Below are positions 51,056-64,000 of a stretch of 64,000 nucleotides of DNA, one piece after another. How positions within the stretch are numbered: position 1 is the stretch's first letter; the number at the start of each line of letters is the position of its first letter. The notes under the pieces are model-generated. The model worked only from the letters and a program-made list of their open reading frames with translations. It searched no databases and was not told the origin of the DNA. The translations under genes were made by a program, and so were the position numbers. This DNA comes from Octopus vulgaris (Eukaryota): the NCBI GenBank assembly GCA_951406725.2, contig OX597836.1, positions 45,508,001 to 45,572,000 on the forward strand, read 5' to 3'.

Positions 51056-52046
51056 TGTTGTGGTTCGGCTGGTACAGTACTTCTTGACCTATTTTGCTGG
51101 CTTGGCGACTCAAAGTCTAGAATACAAAGTTATAGTCCTTTGTTTACGGAAGAGTGATGGCTTTTGGAGGGACCCCTACCTTTTTGCCGGTCAAGAAAGG
51201 GTTAGAGAAACTACTTTATAAAAAGGAGCTGGGAGTCTGTAGATCAGTTCCGGCCGGAGAGATTGAGAGGCAGTCGGTATTTGGTCGTCAAGGCGAGCGG
51301 TTGGATTTAGGAGCGAGGATTTGGAATTCAAGGCAGGCGTTTAGCAAGTTGGAGTTAGTAGCACTGAGAGAGATGAGGTGCAATATGAGACACTGGCTAT
51401 TCTAGTAGGAACTAAGGTACGTGAATTGTGTATTGATATGTGAAGAAAAAGAAGGAAAAAGAATCGATGCAAAGAGACTGTTGAAAAGAAATGAGACAGT
51501 GAAAAGAGCGATGTATTGAACTGTGTAAAGACATTGTATACAGAGTTGTTGGAAAGAGAACTGTGTAATGAATATTGAACTGTATAGGCCTTTAATGTCC
51601 TTTGAACTGTAACTTTAATGTGTTTTGAAACAGAACTGTTGTCTCCGGACGTGTACTCTTGAAATGCTGTTGTTATTGCATTTGATGTGTTGTTACCCGG
51701 ACAGTTTAAATGCTGTGATGTGCTGATTCTGTTACTTGCTTGTATTTACCTGTTGTATACCTGTTTCTTGCATGTATTTTCTTTGATATGTCTGATGTAT
51801 CTTGATATGTAATTGATGTTGTAACAATTGTAATAGTTATATAAACTAGTTGTTAACGTAGCCAATTGCCTTGCCTTCTTTGTGTCTCTCTCGGTTGCCT
51901 CTGACTCTTCTTCTTGCGGCTGTTGTTGTTGTTGTTGTCTGTCACTCTCCTCTCCGAGTTTCCGTGGCGAACTTATTCGCTGATCGAACGGGCCTGTGTG
52001 AGGGATTCCGTAGCATCTTTCGTTCGACGGAGGTCCCCTCGTAACA
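51056..52046. mobile_element. Probable solo LTR
   Basis: TGTTG...TAACA termini flanked by ATAT on both sides; composition differs from the AT-rich flanks; no ORF. Confidence 0.6.
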
Positions 52047-52075
52047 ATATATTATATTATATTATATATATGTAT

Positions 52076-52823
52076 AAATGGCTTAGATTTTGGCTGCTAT
52101 TTCTGAACTTCGGTATGTGGTGATGCATTTCTTTTGCTGACCCCTCAATATTAGTATTACTAGAATTTACCGTATAACGGTCCTGTCTTCATACCGAATT
52201 CTACTTGGTGAAATTTATTGATTACTTCGTAATTAATTAGTTTTACCCTTAATTGCTATTGATAACAGATTTTTCTCCCTGAGAACCTGCTGCTGATTTT
52301 TCTGTAGCATTTACTTGAAGACACACGTGGAAAGGCAGAGGAGGCTAAGCGATTTTCATTCTTGTTTTGAATCTGGCGGTACTAGCATTGGCGACCGTTA
52401 CATTGAAGGAGTCATTCTAATGTTTTAGTACCTTCGGATTATTGCAGAAAATCCATACTGAAGAGGAATGTGGTTAGTAAAGTTTATATTTTTGGATATT
52501 CTTTACTTAAATCCTGATTCCGAAACGCGCGTCTATGGATAATCGGATATTGATTGATTTTCGTTACGTTACCCTCTGCCTGGATGAATAAGATTCAAAT
52601 ATTATGGTTTCTCTGGTAGACCCTTTTTTTAAGTAGAAGAAATGGCTTAGATTTTGGCTGCTATTTCTGAACTTCGGTATGTGGTGAGGCATTTCTTTTG
52701 CTGACCCCTCAATATTAGTATTACTAGAATTTACCGAATACCTGTCCTGTTTTCATACCGAATTCTACTTGGTGAAATTTATTGATTACTTCGTAATTAA
52801 TTAGTTTTACCCTTAATTGCTAT
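52076..52823 (+). mobile_element. Hammerhead-bearing non-coding unit, 564-bp period with ~183-bp direct repeats, in (TA)n
   Basis: 52076-52258 repeated at 52640-52823. Confidence 0.8.
52451..52540 (+). ncRNA. Canonical type-I hammerhead ribozyme
   Basis: AUCCAUA-CUGAAGA-GGAAU...AUUCC-GAAAC-GCGC-GUC|UAUGGAU; 7-bp stem I. Confidence 0.88.
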
Positions 52824-52841
52824 ATATATATATATATTTAT

Positions 52842-52942
52842 GAAAAAAGCAACAAGAATGGATCAATATATCGGTACAATTGTTTCGTCCTCGTACGAAA
52901 CAATTGTACCGATATATTGATCCATTCTTGTTGCTTTTTTTC
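52842..52942. repeat. Palindrome of a hammerhead 3' half
   Basis: Both arms carry CGAAAC-AATT-GTA-CCGAT; centre TCGTCCTCGTACGA. Confidence 0.8.
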
Positions 52943-53386
52943 CTATTTGTAATCACCCCACTTTGTCGTATGGTTATCACCATATAGATTTCCGGTGCAT
53001 CCAAGTTAAGTACCATATTCATGTGAATTCGTTAGAACTCACTTGAATCTCAATTGCTTAAACCGAATATATATATATATATGAAGTATCGCCGAAGGGG
53101 TCACAGATGTGTGGCGAAAGATTTCCAGACAATGGACAAGCGTCGAACCAATAAAAATAACAATAAAAAAAAAATAACATTAATAAACGAGTGAAGAAAA
53201 AAATATATATTTAGTGCCGGTGTTTATTTGGCAAAATAATAATAATAATAATAATAATAACAACAACAATAATAATAATTATGATGATGATGATGATGAT
53301 GATAATTAAAATGACCATCCCAAAGTACAACAATATCTGTTTCAACACACGATTTCACAGGAATCTTGCAAAACGAATGGATAAAC

Positions 53387-53430
<44 letters not shown>

Positions 53431-53980
53431 GTATATATATATGCACACATACACACATACACGACACACGCATACACTCACACACACACTGACACATACA
53501 TACATACATAAGTATGTACATGCACTCATACAGACATATACGCACATGCATATACACTCGTACGAGCTGACATTCATGTAAAAGTACGTACACTCATAAA
53601 TATAACAATATGGAAAAATTAATCATATAACGAAATTAAAATCATAAATTAATTTTTCTATAATAGAAAAGTGATAGGGGACAGTTGACCAGACTACAAG
53701 GTCTGGTTGATTCAGTTTAAAGGTATTGAATACTAAAAACAAATATTAATCTAACAAATATTATTAAATAACGAAAGTCCTCGCGATAAGATATTTATAA
53801 AGCTAGAATCACGACATATATATATTGTGCAAATAAAATATGATAAGATGATATATAATAAAATTAAGATTAAAATTTGCAAGACCTCAAGGAATATATA
53901 ATAATATATGATATGAAAAAATGTAGACAGAAGCCTAAAATTATTATTGGTTGGAAAAAAAAAACGACACTGTAGATGTA

Positions 53981-54199
53981 CGGAGGGGGTACTCGAAAAA
54001 GTACCTGGATTTGGGTAAAAAAAATACAAGAGGATCAGTTTGTTATGGTTTCATTCAACATATTCTCCTCTCAGAGTTACACACTTATTACAACAGTCCT
54101 TCAGTTTTTCTAAACCCTGGAAAAGAACCTTGAAGGTTGGGCCTCTAACCAGGCCTTTCATGACACTCTTAAAACCAGGAACTTTCTAGCACTCCTTCG
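53981..54199. mobile_element. Mariner-type MITE
   Basis: TA-CGGAGGGGGTACTCGAAAAAGTACCTGG ... CCAGGAACTTTCTAGCACTCCTTCG-TA. Confidence 0.6.
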
Positions 54200-54291
54200 T
54201 ATACGGCTACGTATTTCGCCCGGTGTGCTAACGTTTCTACCAGCAACGAGGTATACATTGCTTCGTACGCTCACACGTACATGTTCCCATG

Positions 54292-54337
<46 letters not shown>

Positions 54338-55759
54338 TACACACGCGAACCTATGTACACACATACACACGCACATATTAGCTTCATACACACACTCACG
54401 TGCTTGTTCACACAGAAACACACTCGCCTATACACATACACACGCATACATTAGGTTCATATACAGACCCACGCTTACTAATACAAACACTCTCGCTTAC
54501 AAATATGTATGCCAGGTTACTTTTGTTCCTCTAGCCATCTACGCCCCAAGCCGCCCCCTTCCTCTTCCGGTCATTTCAGCATGCGTTGGCCGTCTAAATG
54601 AGACATGCTTATTCTTTTTCCTTTATTTTCTCTCGCTTCATATATTCTTTGTTTGGTTGTCTATTTACCTCGTCTTCGTATTTAAAAATTTTTTCTACTC
54701 TACATGTGTGTGTGTGTGGTGTGTGTGTGTATATATGTGTGTATGTATGTATGTATATATATATATATATGTATAAATGTATGTCATCTGTATGAATGTG
54801 TGTATGCGTGGTGTGTTTAAGGTATGCGTGTGTGTATATGACATATGTGTGTATGTATGTATTTCTGTATACACATAATATATTAAACAAAAACACCTTT
54901 TAAAGGAAGCCAATATGCACGTGCTTGTGAATGTGTGTGTGTGCGTGTGAGTGTGTGTTTGTATATGTGCATATATATATATATACTAAGTACATATTTG
55001 TATTGATACGTAGGAATTTATGCATACACTAATGTACATATATTTATACTTATATATATACATACATATATACATATACATATATATATATGTGTGTGTG
55101 TATGGCAATGCGATTATTTGTGTATAGGTTGGAGTGCGTATACTCGCGCGTATATGAAGCCATCTTTTACACTACTTCAGTCTAAAGCAGCAATTTTTGA
55201 AAACAGTTTTCTGTAGTTTTCTGATTTCTACAATGTATAATCAAAGACAAATTTTTTCCCTTTTGATCTTTCCCTGTCATTTCCATATATCCTTTACGAA
55301 TCAGTGGATACAATCAATTCCCTTCCTACGGTACCTATCAATATCGAACTGATATCGATTATTTTATCCAAACATTTTTAGATGCCTTTCATATCAACTT
55401 CTGTCGTCTTATACACACATAGACACACGCATACATACATACATACATACATACATACATACATACATACATGCACACATCCATCCATAATCCATATATA
55501 TGTATACATTCACATATATATATATATAGATTTATATGTATATACACACAGATACGCACACACACACGCATACACACGCACACACCCACATACTCCCACG
55601 CGCACATACATACACATATGTTGTTGAGTGAGCCCCCGTGTTCCTGCTCGGTCTGTTGGTACAGAACCGATGAGGTCTTTTCTATCTTTAGGTTCTCTCC
55701 AATGTTCATTTACTCCAATGTCCATTTACCCGCTCTCCTATGCTCTGTGTCATTTCCCC

Positions 55760-56950
55760 TTTAAAGCCAGAAATGTAGTCTATAGTATAAGATGTACAGA
55801 GTGATGATGCAGTAACAAGACAACAACGTACATAGGGGAAACGGCACAGAGCATAGGAGAGCGGGTAAATGAACATTGGAGAGAACTTAAAGATAGAAAA
55901 GACCTCATCGGTTCTGTACCAGCACGCCGAGCAGGAACACGGGAGATCACTCAACAACATATGTGTATGTATGTGCGCGTGGGTGTATGTGGGGGTGTGT
56001 GTATGTATGCGTGTGTGTGTACGTGTCTGTGTGCATATACATATAAATCTATACATATATATATACATATATGTGAATGTATACATATATATGGATTATG
56101 GATGGATGTGTGCATGTATGTATGTATATATGTATGTATATATGTGTGTGTATGTATGTATGTATGTATGTATGTATGAACACTCGGGATCAATCATGTA
56201 TGTATGTATGTATGAACACGCGGGATCAATCAACAACATAGAAGTTAAAATCTTGTCCACACATAGAACAGACGCAACAATCAGACAAATTACGGAAGCT
56301 ACACACAGAAGATAAACCTAGCCTGAATGGGAAACTGGAATGGAACACTAGCACACACCACAGCATATGACAGAAGAAGATCCCAATAAACTGCTTACAA
56401 TATAAACAAAACTGAAAACATAATAAAATACTCAGATAAATAAACAAATGGAAGTACATAACTATATATATTGAAAAAACAATTAACTAAATACAACCAA
56501 CAAAAAAATAATAATAAGTAGGTATAAATACATAAACAAAATAAACAAAAATAAATTACACGAACGTATATAAACAGGAGATACAAATATTACTGGCACT
56601 TCCCCCACACACACTAACTAAACATAGACGCACATAGAGATATACGCATGCGCAAATGAAGATACATACATAGGAATACAAAATAAAAAATGGCTGACCG
56701 TTAGTAAGGAGAGACATACAAATAAGAAAGAAGAAAGCAAAGGACCACTGATGAGGTCATAGAAGTGTGACGAAAAAACTCTGGCCAAAATAAGATTAAG
56801 ATTAATGTAAAAAATGAATAACACTGAAGCAATTTTACATCAAATATATAGTGCATGTGTTTTTATTGACTAAACTGGCAAAATGACCATTCCTAAATAC
56901 AACAACATCTGTTTCAACACACGATTTCACATCAAGAATCTTGCAAAATA
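55760..56950 (+). mobile_element. Penelope-like relic: GIY-YIG remnant and terminal repeat with hammerhead (56745-56784), preceded by an inverted copy (55430-55760)
   Basis: NVVYSIRC...TYIGETAQSIGERVNEH...SVLYQHAEQEH...RQITEA; CCA-CUGAUGA-GGUCAUA(GAAG)UGUGAC-GAAAA-AACUC|UGG. Confidence 0.75.
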
Positions 56951-56958
56951 TATAAGCG

Positions 56959-57019
<61 letters not shown>

Positions 57020-57598
57020 TAGTATAATAGCATGATCGTGCCGTCAAAATGGTTATACAATTGTTAGTATGAGACATCTTTCTGTCTGTCTTTCTTATTT
57101 TCGAAGAAATTGGCTTTGTTCAGAGCTGGTGAGCTTTAATATTCACTCGGTTTAAAAGTGTACAAGATATGATGTATATCATGCCGCACGCCTCGACTGC
57201 ATCAAGTGTTGAGGACGCAAGGCAAAGACCTACTTTCTGAACAAAAGGAAGAAAACATCGGTTAACGTATTGGAATACTATGTCTGCAATACTAAAATGC
57301 TTTTGATAAATATGTCTGATCGGTTAGGGTTGGCGTGTGGTTAGCCAAGCAATCATTCTACCAAAATCCCTAAACGAAGGACGCCATAGGTATAAAGCAA
57401 TATATATATATAAAATATAAATTAGAGATAAAACCACTATTATGCAACTCAAACAGTGATAGGCACAAACCAAAACATAAATAACAGATAATATATATTT
57501 TTATAAAACATATAACTTATAACTAGATTTCGAAAAGTATAAAAATGAATGATCAATATATAATAAGTAATAATAGTCCCTAATATTATATATATACA

Positions 57599-57633
<35 letters not shown>

Positions 57634-57698
57634 GCATATATATATATATATATGTATAGATTTATATGTATATGCACACAGACACGCACACACACACG

Positions 57699-57791
<93 letters not shown>

Positions 57792-57999
57792 TCCCTTTCC
57801 AGGTTTCCAAACCTTGAGGGTCCATAAGCCTCCAACGTGTACAGGCACAACCCCTCCCTCCCTTTCTCAGTTAATCTCATGTTTCCTGCCATCTTCCACT
57901 TCTGTCTATTCTTTAAGGTCATGCAACAACGTTCTGTATACCTCTCTTATCAGGGGTTTTGGTTACGGAGGGCCACATTTACTACAAGTAGGGAGTCAT

Positions 58000-58550
58000 A
58001 GTGCTTTGTTTCATCAACCAAAGGTTTGAAAGAACAATTTCTTGGTTCACTGTCTTCTTGCCAATCTCTTTCGTATCATTCTCATTAGTTCTATGTATTA
58101 TATGGCGAATGTGAAGCATCTTTCTATAAAATTGTATTTCAAAAGCCATTATCTTTTTCTCTCTTTCAGCATAATTTGTCTGTGAACTGAATCTATAGAA
58201 TATAGCTGAAATTATTGTTGCTCTTGAAAAAAAAAAAAAAAATTTATTGCTATGGAGACCTTTATATTTTTCTAAACAGGATCTAATTTGGTTAAAATCG
58301 CAATAGTTAGTGCAATAAAATGGTTTACTCATATTTTTGATCCCGAAATTCTAAATTCATCAACTTTGAACGTTCCCAGCTCTTCTGTTATTTTAATTGT
58401 ATTAATTACTTTCTCTGCTATTTTTCATTACTTATTCTATACATCCTTCCAATTATACCAAGTCATGTTGGTAGTTCTTCTTATTTCTCCCTTATCAACT
58501 ACTTATGTCGAGGCTGCTGATGTATTCTCTCAAAATAAACTATAATTTCA
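58000..58550 (-). pseudogene. Old RTE-like LINE RT fragment
   Basis: EKKIMAFEIQFYRKMLHI...HRTNE. Confidence 0.55.
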
Positions 58551-58736
58551 ACAAGTAGAGTGAACAGTTTCTATTTTCACAGAAAATTCCCCAAAACGTT
58601 GTGGTATTAGTCTGTGTGGTGATTCACGTATTTCCTTAATATTTCAAATCTAATCAACTGTGCTTCTCTCGTATCGGAGACTCAACCAGACTACAATAAG
58701 TATGTCATCTAGTTTAATTCGGTTGTTAAATAAAAC

Positions 58737-59208
58737 GGATCTTTTCGGTTTGAACGGCAGTTTTTAATATAATTTCTAGGTAACTAAAACATTTTAAACT
58801 TCGTATACTGGTAGAATGTGTTTATAAAACATCTTTTTCTCTTAGCTTTATTGAGAAAATTCTATAGTTTGTAAGATATTTGTTGTTTTTTTTTCTTCAA
58901 TTTCTGCAATTTCAACCAATCGATGACGTCTATTGAGTTAAAAAACATTCTGTGTCGTATGAATATGTCCCTCGTTTAAGAAACAGATTGGGTTTATTTA
59001 CATTTGTGAAGAAAAAAAGATACCCTTCCCCCACCCCTAGCCCTAACTCTAACCCTAACCATAACCCTAACCCTAACCCTAACTAACCCTAACCAACCCT
59101 AACCCTAAAACAGATTGAAATGCAATAGATCGATACTAGGGTCATAATTATGGGTGACAATTTCATATGACACCGCTAGAAAAACTGCCGTTCAAACCGA
59201 AAAGATCC
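58737..59208. mobile_element. MITE with perfect 29-bp TIRs and 8-bp TSD, carrying (CCCTAA)n
   Basis: GGATCTTTTCGGTTTGAACGGCAGTTTTT / AAAAACTGCCGTTCAAACCGAAAAGATCC; TSD AATAAAAC / AATAGAAC; telomere-type repeats 59034-59107. Confidence 0.9.
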
Positions 59209-59662
59209 AATAGAACTACTGTGCAGATATTGTTATACTGATGGTGTTTCCTTTTTATGAAAGTGATATAAAAGTGATTTTGTCTCTAAAAGATCATTTT
59301 TCAGGATGTAAAATACATTTTGCGAAGACTTTGTTGCATGATCATCTTTTAGGTTACCTATTCCAGGTGATCTACAACTTTTTTTAAATCATTTTTGTAA
59401 ACACTAAAATAATTACTGTCTCTGGTATATCGCAGAAAATATTTTTAGTTAATTGTTTTATCAGGAGATAAATCCAGCTCTGTTTCCTGGCTGCCGCGTA
59501 TTCTCTTCATTTTTCGATTTGATTTGTAGATTATTAAATATTCGCCTAGTTCACAATTAATGGCGAGATTTTTAACCTTGAGTCGAATTTTCTGGATTTC
59601 TTTGTCTAGGAACTTCATTCTATTTCCTCACATCTTTCCTTAATCAAAGCATCTTTTGCTGC

Positions 59663-59745
<83 letters not shown>

Positions 59746-59819
59746 TTTTTCCTGCTCACTTCTTTTCTTCTTTCAAAACAATGAATTCAAATATTTTTTT
59801 AATTAAATACTCTCTTAAC

Positions 59820-60856
59820 ATTCTTCCTTTTACCAAGAATACTATCGGTTTTAGTAGTTGCGAGTATTTTATCCAACGGTTCTTGTTCATTTGGAACGAG
59901 AATAATGGGATACACACCACACAAGTACAAAAGGGGCTGTATACCACACAAGCGCAACGAATCTCTGCACAATGCATAAGAAGGTCGAAAGCGTGGCTCA
60001 CATTATTAGTGTTTGTGAAAGTCTTGCGTAGAAAGAGTACAGGCGCAGACACTGTAAGGTAGCCCAAAACCTACACTGGCTACTATGCCGGGAGTATGGA
60101 TACGAGGTAACGGGTGCTTGGTACCAGCACACTCTCGAAAAATTAATGAACGAAAAGGGGAAGGCAAAAACCTTTGACTTCCAGACAGACAAGGTGTTAG
60201 AGTACCATAAAAATTAAAACTTAGATAAAACTTAGATATGTTTCGACTAAAGATTGGTCCAGGCCATGTCTAACTTAATAGCACCACCTGATAGGATTAT
60301 TCGAATCCTGTTTAAGTCAAGTTTTGTTTATGGTCCATTCAAGTAGTGAGTTCTTGTTGGGTGAGTTGTATCCAATTATGGGTGGCTTATCTGGTATTCT
60401 TTGAAGGAATCTATCCAGACTCCGTTTAAAGTTGATGGGATCCTTTTCCTCTTTGATTTACCTCGGGACAATGTTAAATAAGGCAGGGCCTGTTGAGGAA
60501 AAGAAATTATGTTGCAGTGCAGGGGATCAACATATTATCACGAAAGAAACGGAAAAGATTGATAAATATGGAGACCTGAGAATTGAGATTGCTAAGATGT
60601 GGCAGCTACGAGAGTCAAGCATAAAGATTATCCCTATTGTCATCGGAAGCATTGGGTTCAATACCAACCAATCTGAAGAAACATCTGGAAACTTTAGACA
60701 TACTCTACAATCTAGATGTATTGCAGAAATCGATGTTACTTCGAACAGCATGCTTATTGCGTAAAGTACTGTCTGACATAACAGACAGTACAAAACCCGG
60801 TAGACATAATATCTTCAATTAACAATATCACGATATTGGATACTGTGCGAGTCTTA
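59820..60856 (+). pseudogene. Decayed R4/Dong-like 3' fragment ending at (TAA)n, interrupted by the CR1 piece
   Basis: KETEKIDKYGDLRIEIAKMW...IPIVIG. Confidence 0.7.
60205..60520 (-). mobile_element. 3' end of a second CR1-group LINE
   Basis: GPALFNIVP...FKRSLDRFLQRIPDKP...NSLLEW; tail TATCTAAGTTT repeated. Confidence 0.75.
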
Positions 60857-60860
60857 AATG

Positions 60861-60930
<70 letters not shown>

Positions 60931-60937
60931 TAATAAC

Positions 60938-60997
<60 letters not shown>

Positions 60998-61013
60998 AAT
61001 AATAATAATGATG

Positions 61014-61056
<43 letters not shown>

Positions 61057-61063
61057 TAATAAC

Positions 61064-61125
<62 letters not shown>

Positions 61126-61225
61126 TGATAATGATAATAATAACAACAATAATTATAATAATAATAATAATAACAATAACAACAACAACAACAATAATAA
61201 TAATAATAACAATAATAACAACAAC

Positions 61226-61269
<44 letters not shown>

Positions 61270-61326
61270 TAAGAATAAGAATAAGAAGAAGAAGAAGAAG
61301 AACTACAACAACAACAATAATAATAA
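60857..61326. repeat. Long (AAT)n/(AAC)n microsatellite
   Basis: Direct reading. Confidence 0.95.
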
Positions 61327-61877
61327 ATGCCCTGATGCAGTACCAGGCAGTGGCTCTCATGGCTTCTGATTTTAACTGATTGGAAGTGTTATCATGTACA
61401 TTGTTTTGTCTTGGTATAAAAGATGGGCTACAGCAAATATTCTGCTCAATACCACAGATTTGCTTGTCAGTTGCTTGACCGTAACCAGTTGACCATGTCC
61501 CTTAGTGGCTGACGATATGTGCATCTCTGATCACGAGCGGAAGTAGTGGGGGAGCATCATAGCCATGTGTTGAGAGGGATTCTTTGGGGTTTGTATAATT
61601 CACCTCTGGAAACATGGGTGTTTCGTTCAACATCCTTAATCAACCCTTATTCAGGGACCTTTTGTGTGGGATGGGCTACTTACCTGAAGAAAATTCTAAC
61701 TGAGCCCCATCTGCAAGGTCATGTGCTATTTATCTTGATATAAGATGTCGCGCACATTTGGTTGTGATGCATGTGCCTAATGTACCCTTATCAGACGGGT
61801 AGTCATGATGATTATTTTGGGCTTCGTATATTTGTACCCCAGTGTCACTTTGATGGCATGCACTGCTCTCTCACTCA
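61327..61877. mobile_element. Non-coding ~550-bp insert within (TAA)n, probably a non-autonomous element
   Basis: Abrupt higher-GC block flanked on both sides by (AAT)n; no ORF, no TIR. Confidence 0.5.
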
Positions 61878-61910
61878 ATAATAATAATGATAATGATAAT
61901 GATAATAATA

Positions 61911-61960
<50 letters not shown>

Positions 61961-61964
61961 AATG

Positions 61965-61997
<33 letters not shown>

Positions 61998-62464
61998 TTG
62001 ACAGCGGCGAAAAATTTCTTCCTAGCTGACTTTAAAATTCTTCACTGATGATTGATTTTTAGAAATCATTTAAATTCTTCCATTTTGGTTCTACTCGATT
62101 TATTTTTAATTTAATTTATTTTGTGATAATTAGAATTTCGTAATGGCGGTTTATATCGGCCTCAGGAAATACTCGGGTCTTCGTTTCAATTAAATCTGGA
62201 TGATATCTTCTGGAGATGAGAATCAAATTAACACCATTATTATGCATCCCGCTTGGTTAATACTAATATTATTGTTTTCGACGGTTTGCAGTGATGAATT
62301 TTAAAAAATAATTTGTGTTTTTCAAGCTCATAGCAATAGCCGTCCCCCTTGTTATTTTCCACGTGGCCAATTTTCGATGATCTCTTTTGCAGCCACCATT
62401 TTGTCCCTGTACTCCAGTCACATTGAAATAGTTCTTGTTTTGATAACCAATTCATTATTCTAGA

Positions 62465-63224
62465 CAGCGGTTCTTAACCGGGTTCCATACAGCTCATGGG
62501 GCCCCATATAAGATTTTGCTCAAATTTATGCGCAAGAAATTGGCCATAATTCTACTATACAGAAAATATTTTAACAAATTTTTTATGCAGTTCTTAATTG
62601 TTTCAGTCATTTGACTGTGGCCATGCTGGAGCACCGCCTTTAGTCGACCAAATCGATCCCAGGACTTATTCTTTGTAAGTCTAGTACTTATTCTATCGGT
62701 CACTTTTTTGCCGAACCGCTAAGTTACGGAGACGTAAACACACCAGCATCGGTTGTCAAGCGATGTTGGGGGGACAAACACAGACAGACACACACACACA
62801 TACACACATACACATATATACATATACATATACATACATACATACATATATACTCTTTTACTCTTTTACTCTTTTACTTGTTTCAGTCATTTGACTGCGG
62901 CCATGCTGGAGCACCACCTTTTAGTACTTATTCTATCGGTCTCTTTTTGCCGAACCGCTAAGTGACGGGGACCTAAACACACCAGCATCGGTTGTCAAGC
63001 AATGCTAGGGGGACAAACACAGACACACAAACACACACACATATACATATATATACATATATACGACAGGCTTCTTTCAGTTTCCGTCTACCAAATCCAC
63101 TCACAAGGCATTGGTCGGCCCGGGGCTATAGCAGAAGACACTTGCCCAAGATGCCACGCAGTGGGACTGAACCCGCAACCGTGTGGTTGGTTAGCAAGAT
63201 ACTTACCACACAGCCACTCCTGCG

Positions 63225-63283
<59 letters not shown>

Positions 63284-63546
63284 GACGGGCTTCATTTCAG
63301 TTTCCGTCTACCAAATCCATTCACAAGGCTTTGGTCGGCCTGAGGCTATAGTAGAAGACACTTGCCCAAACTACCACGCAGTGGGACTGAACCCGGAACC
63401 ACGTGGTTGGTAAGTAAGCTACTTACCACACAGTCACTCTATAAAAGCATAATATTTTTTTTAACATCGAAGGGCTCTGAGTGTCCACCTGACTAAAATA
63501 GTATGAAAGGGGCCCACACGTAAAATAAAATGGTTGAGAGCCACTG
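62465..63546. mobile_element. hAT/Charlie-type MITE containing nested SINE A copies
   Basis: CAGCGGTTCTTAACC ... GGTTGAGAGCCACTG; TTCTAGAC / TTCTCGAC target duplication. Confidence 0.7.
62599..63439 (-). mobile_element. SINE A (62853-63227, deletion subfamily) inserted in the internal microsatellite of another SINE A
   Basis: Outer 3' half 62599-62850, complete inner copy, outer head 63282-63439. Confidence 0.88.
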
Positions 63547-63962
63547 TTCTCGACGGTCATACACTTTCTATATTAATTACATTTAGGGACACTGTATTTC
63601 GTTATGCAACAATAATATACTACGAAGAATATTAAACACTTTAAAAGTTAATATTGTGTTAGCAGAGCTATTAAGTAACTTTTTATGGTTATCTCCAGAG
63701 ATATTCTGGCTATAATTTCTATAGAAAGTCAGTAGAGATAAGCTTAAAACACTTTCTTTTCTTCTTCAAACTAAGATGTTTTAAACTAAGATGAGAGTCT
63801 CAGTATTGTGGTTTATATTACTGGAGGTCGATACACAGTATATAACTGACAGTAATGCAGTGTCATACGTCATTAAATTTCCACCATTTCATGTTTTGCT
63901 TCCTCCCGATTATAAAAGAAAGTTTTGTATCGGCGCAGGTGTGGCTTTGTGGTAAGACGTTC

Positions 63963-64000
63963 GCGAGCTGGCAGAAACGTTAGCACGCCGGGCGAAATCC
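63963..64000 (+). mobile_element. Start of SINE family C
   Basis: GCGAGCTGGCAGAAACGTTAGCACGCCGGGCGAAAT. Confidence 0.8.

Noticed and set aside
59034-59107. Telomere or chromosome-fusion scar
   Set aside because: Short, one orientation only, and enclosed within MITE TIRs
60754-61379. Poly-N/I/L ORFs
   Set aside because: (AAT)n microsatellite
62043-62075. CTGATGA...GAAAT motif
   Set aside because: No supporting stems I and III; likely chance in AT-rich DNA

Overview
AT-rich, microsatellite-saturated animal DNA, most likely Octopus or another coleoid cephalopod (inferred from recurring tRNA-derived SINE families and microsatellite load). No convincing host protein-coding gene was found; most ORF-track entries are translations of simple repeats. 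The window is a nest of mobile elements: one nearly intact, 5'-truncated CR1-group LINE ORF2 (24553-27426), a frameshifted IR/DR Tc1 (17998-19609), DD37D/mariner/hAT relics and MITEs, Helitrons, a probable solo LTR, R4/Dong-like and Tx1-like LINE pieces each sitting in its own microsatellite, three SINE families and several Penelope-like (GIY-YIG) relics. The most striking unannotated signal is about 20 type-I hammerhead-ribozyme motifs from several unrelated families. Five have fully canonical cores, some form short tandem retrozyme-like units (including stem-II-less copies), and many sit at or inside fold-back inverted repeats next to (TA)n. All calls were made by eye; no database searches or folding programs were run.
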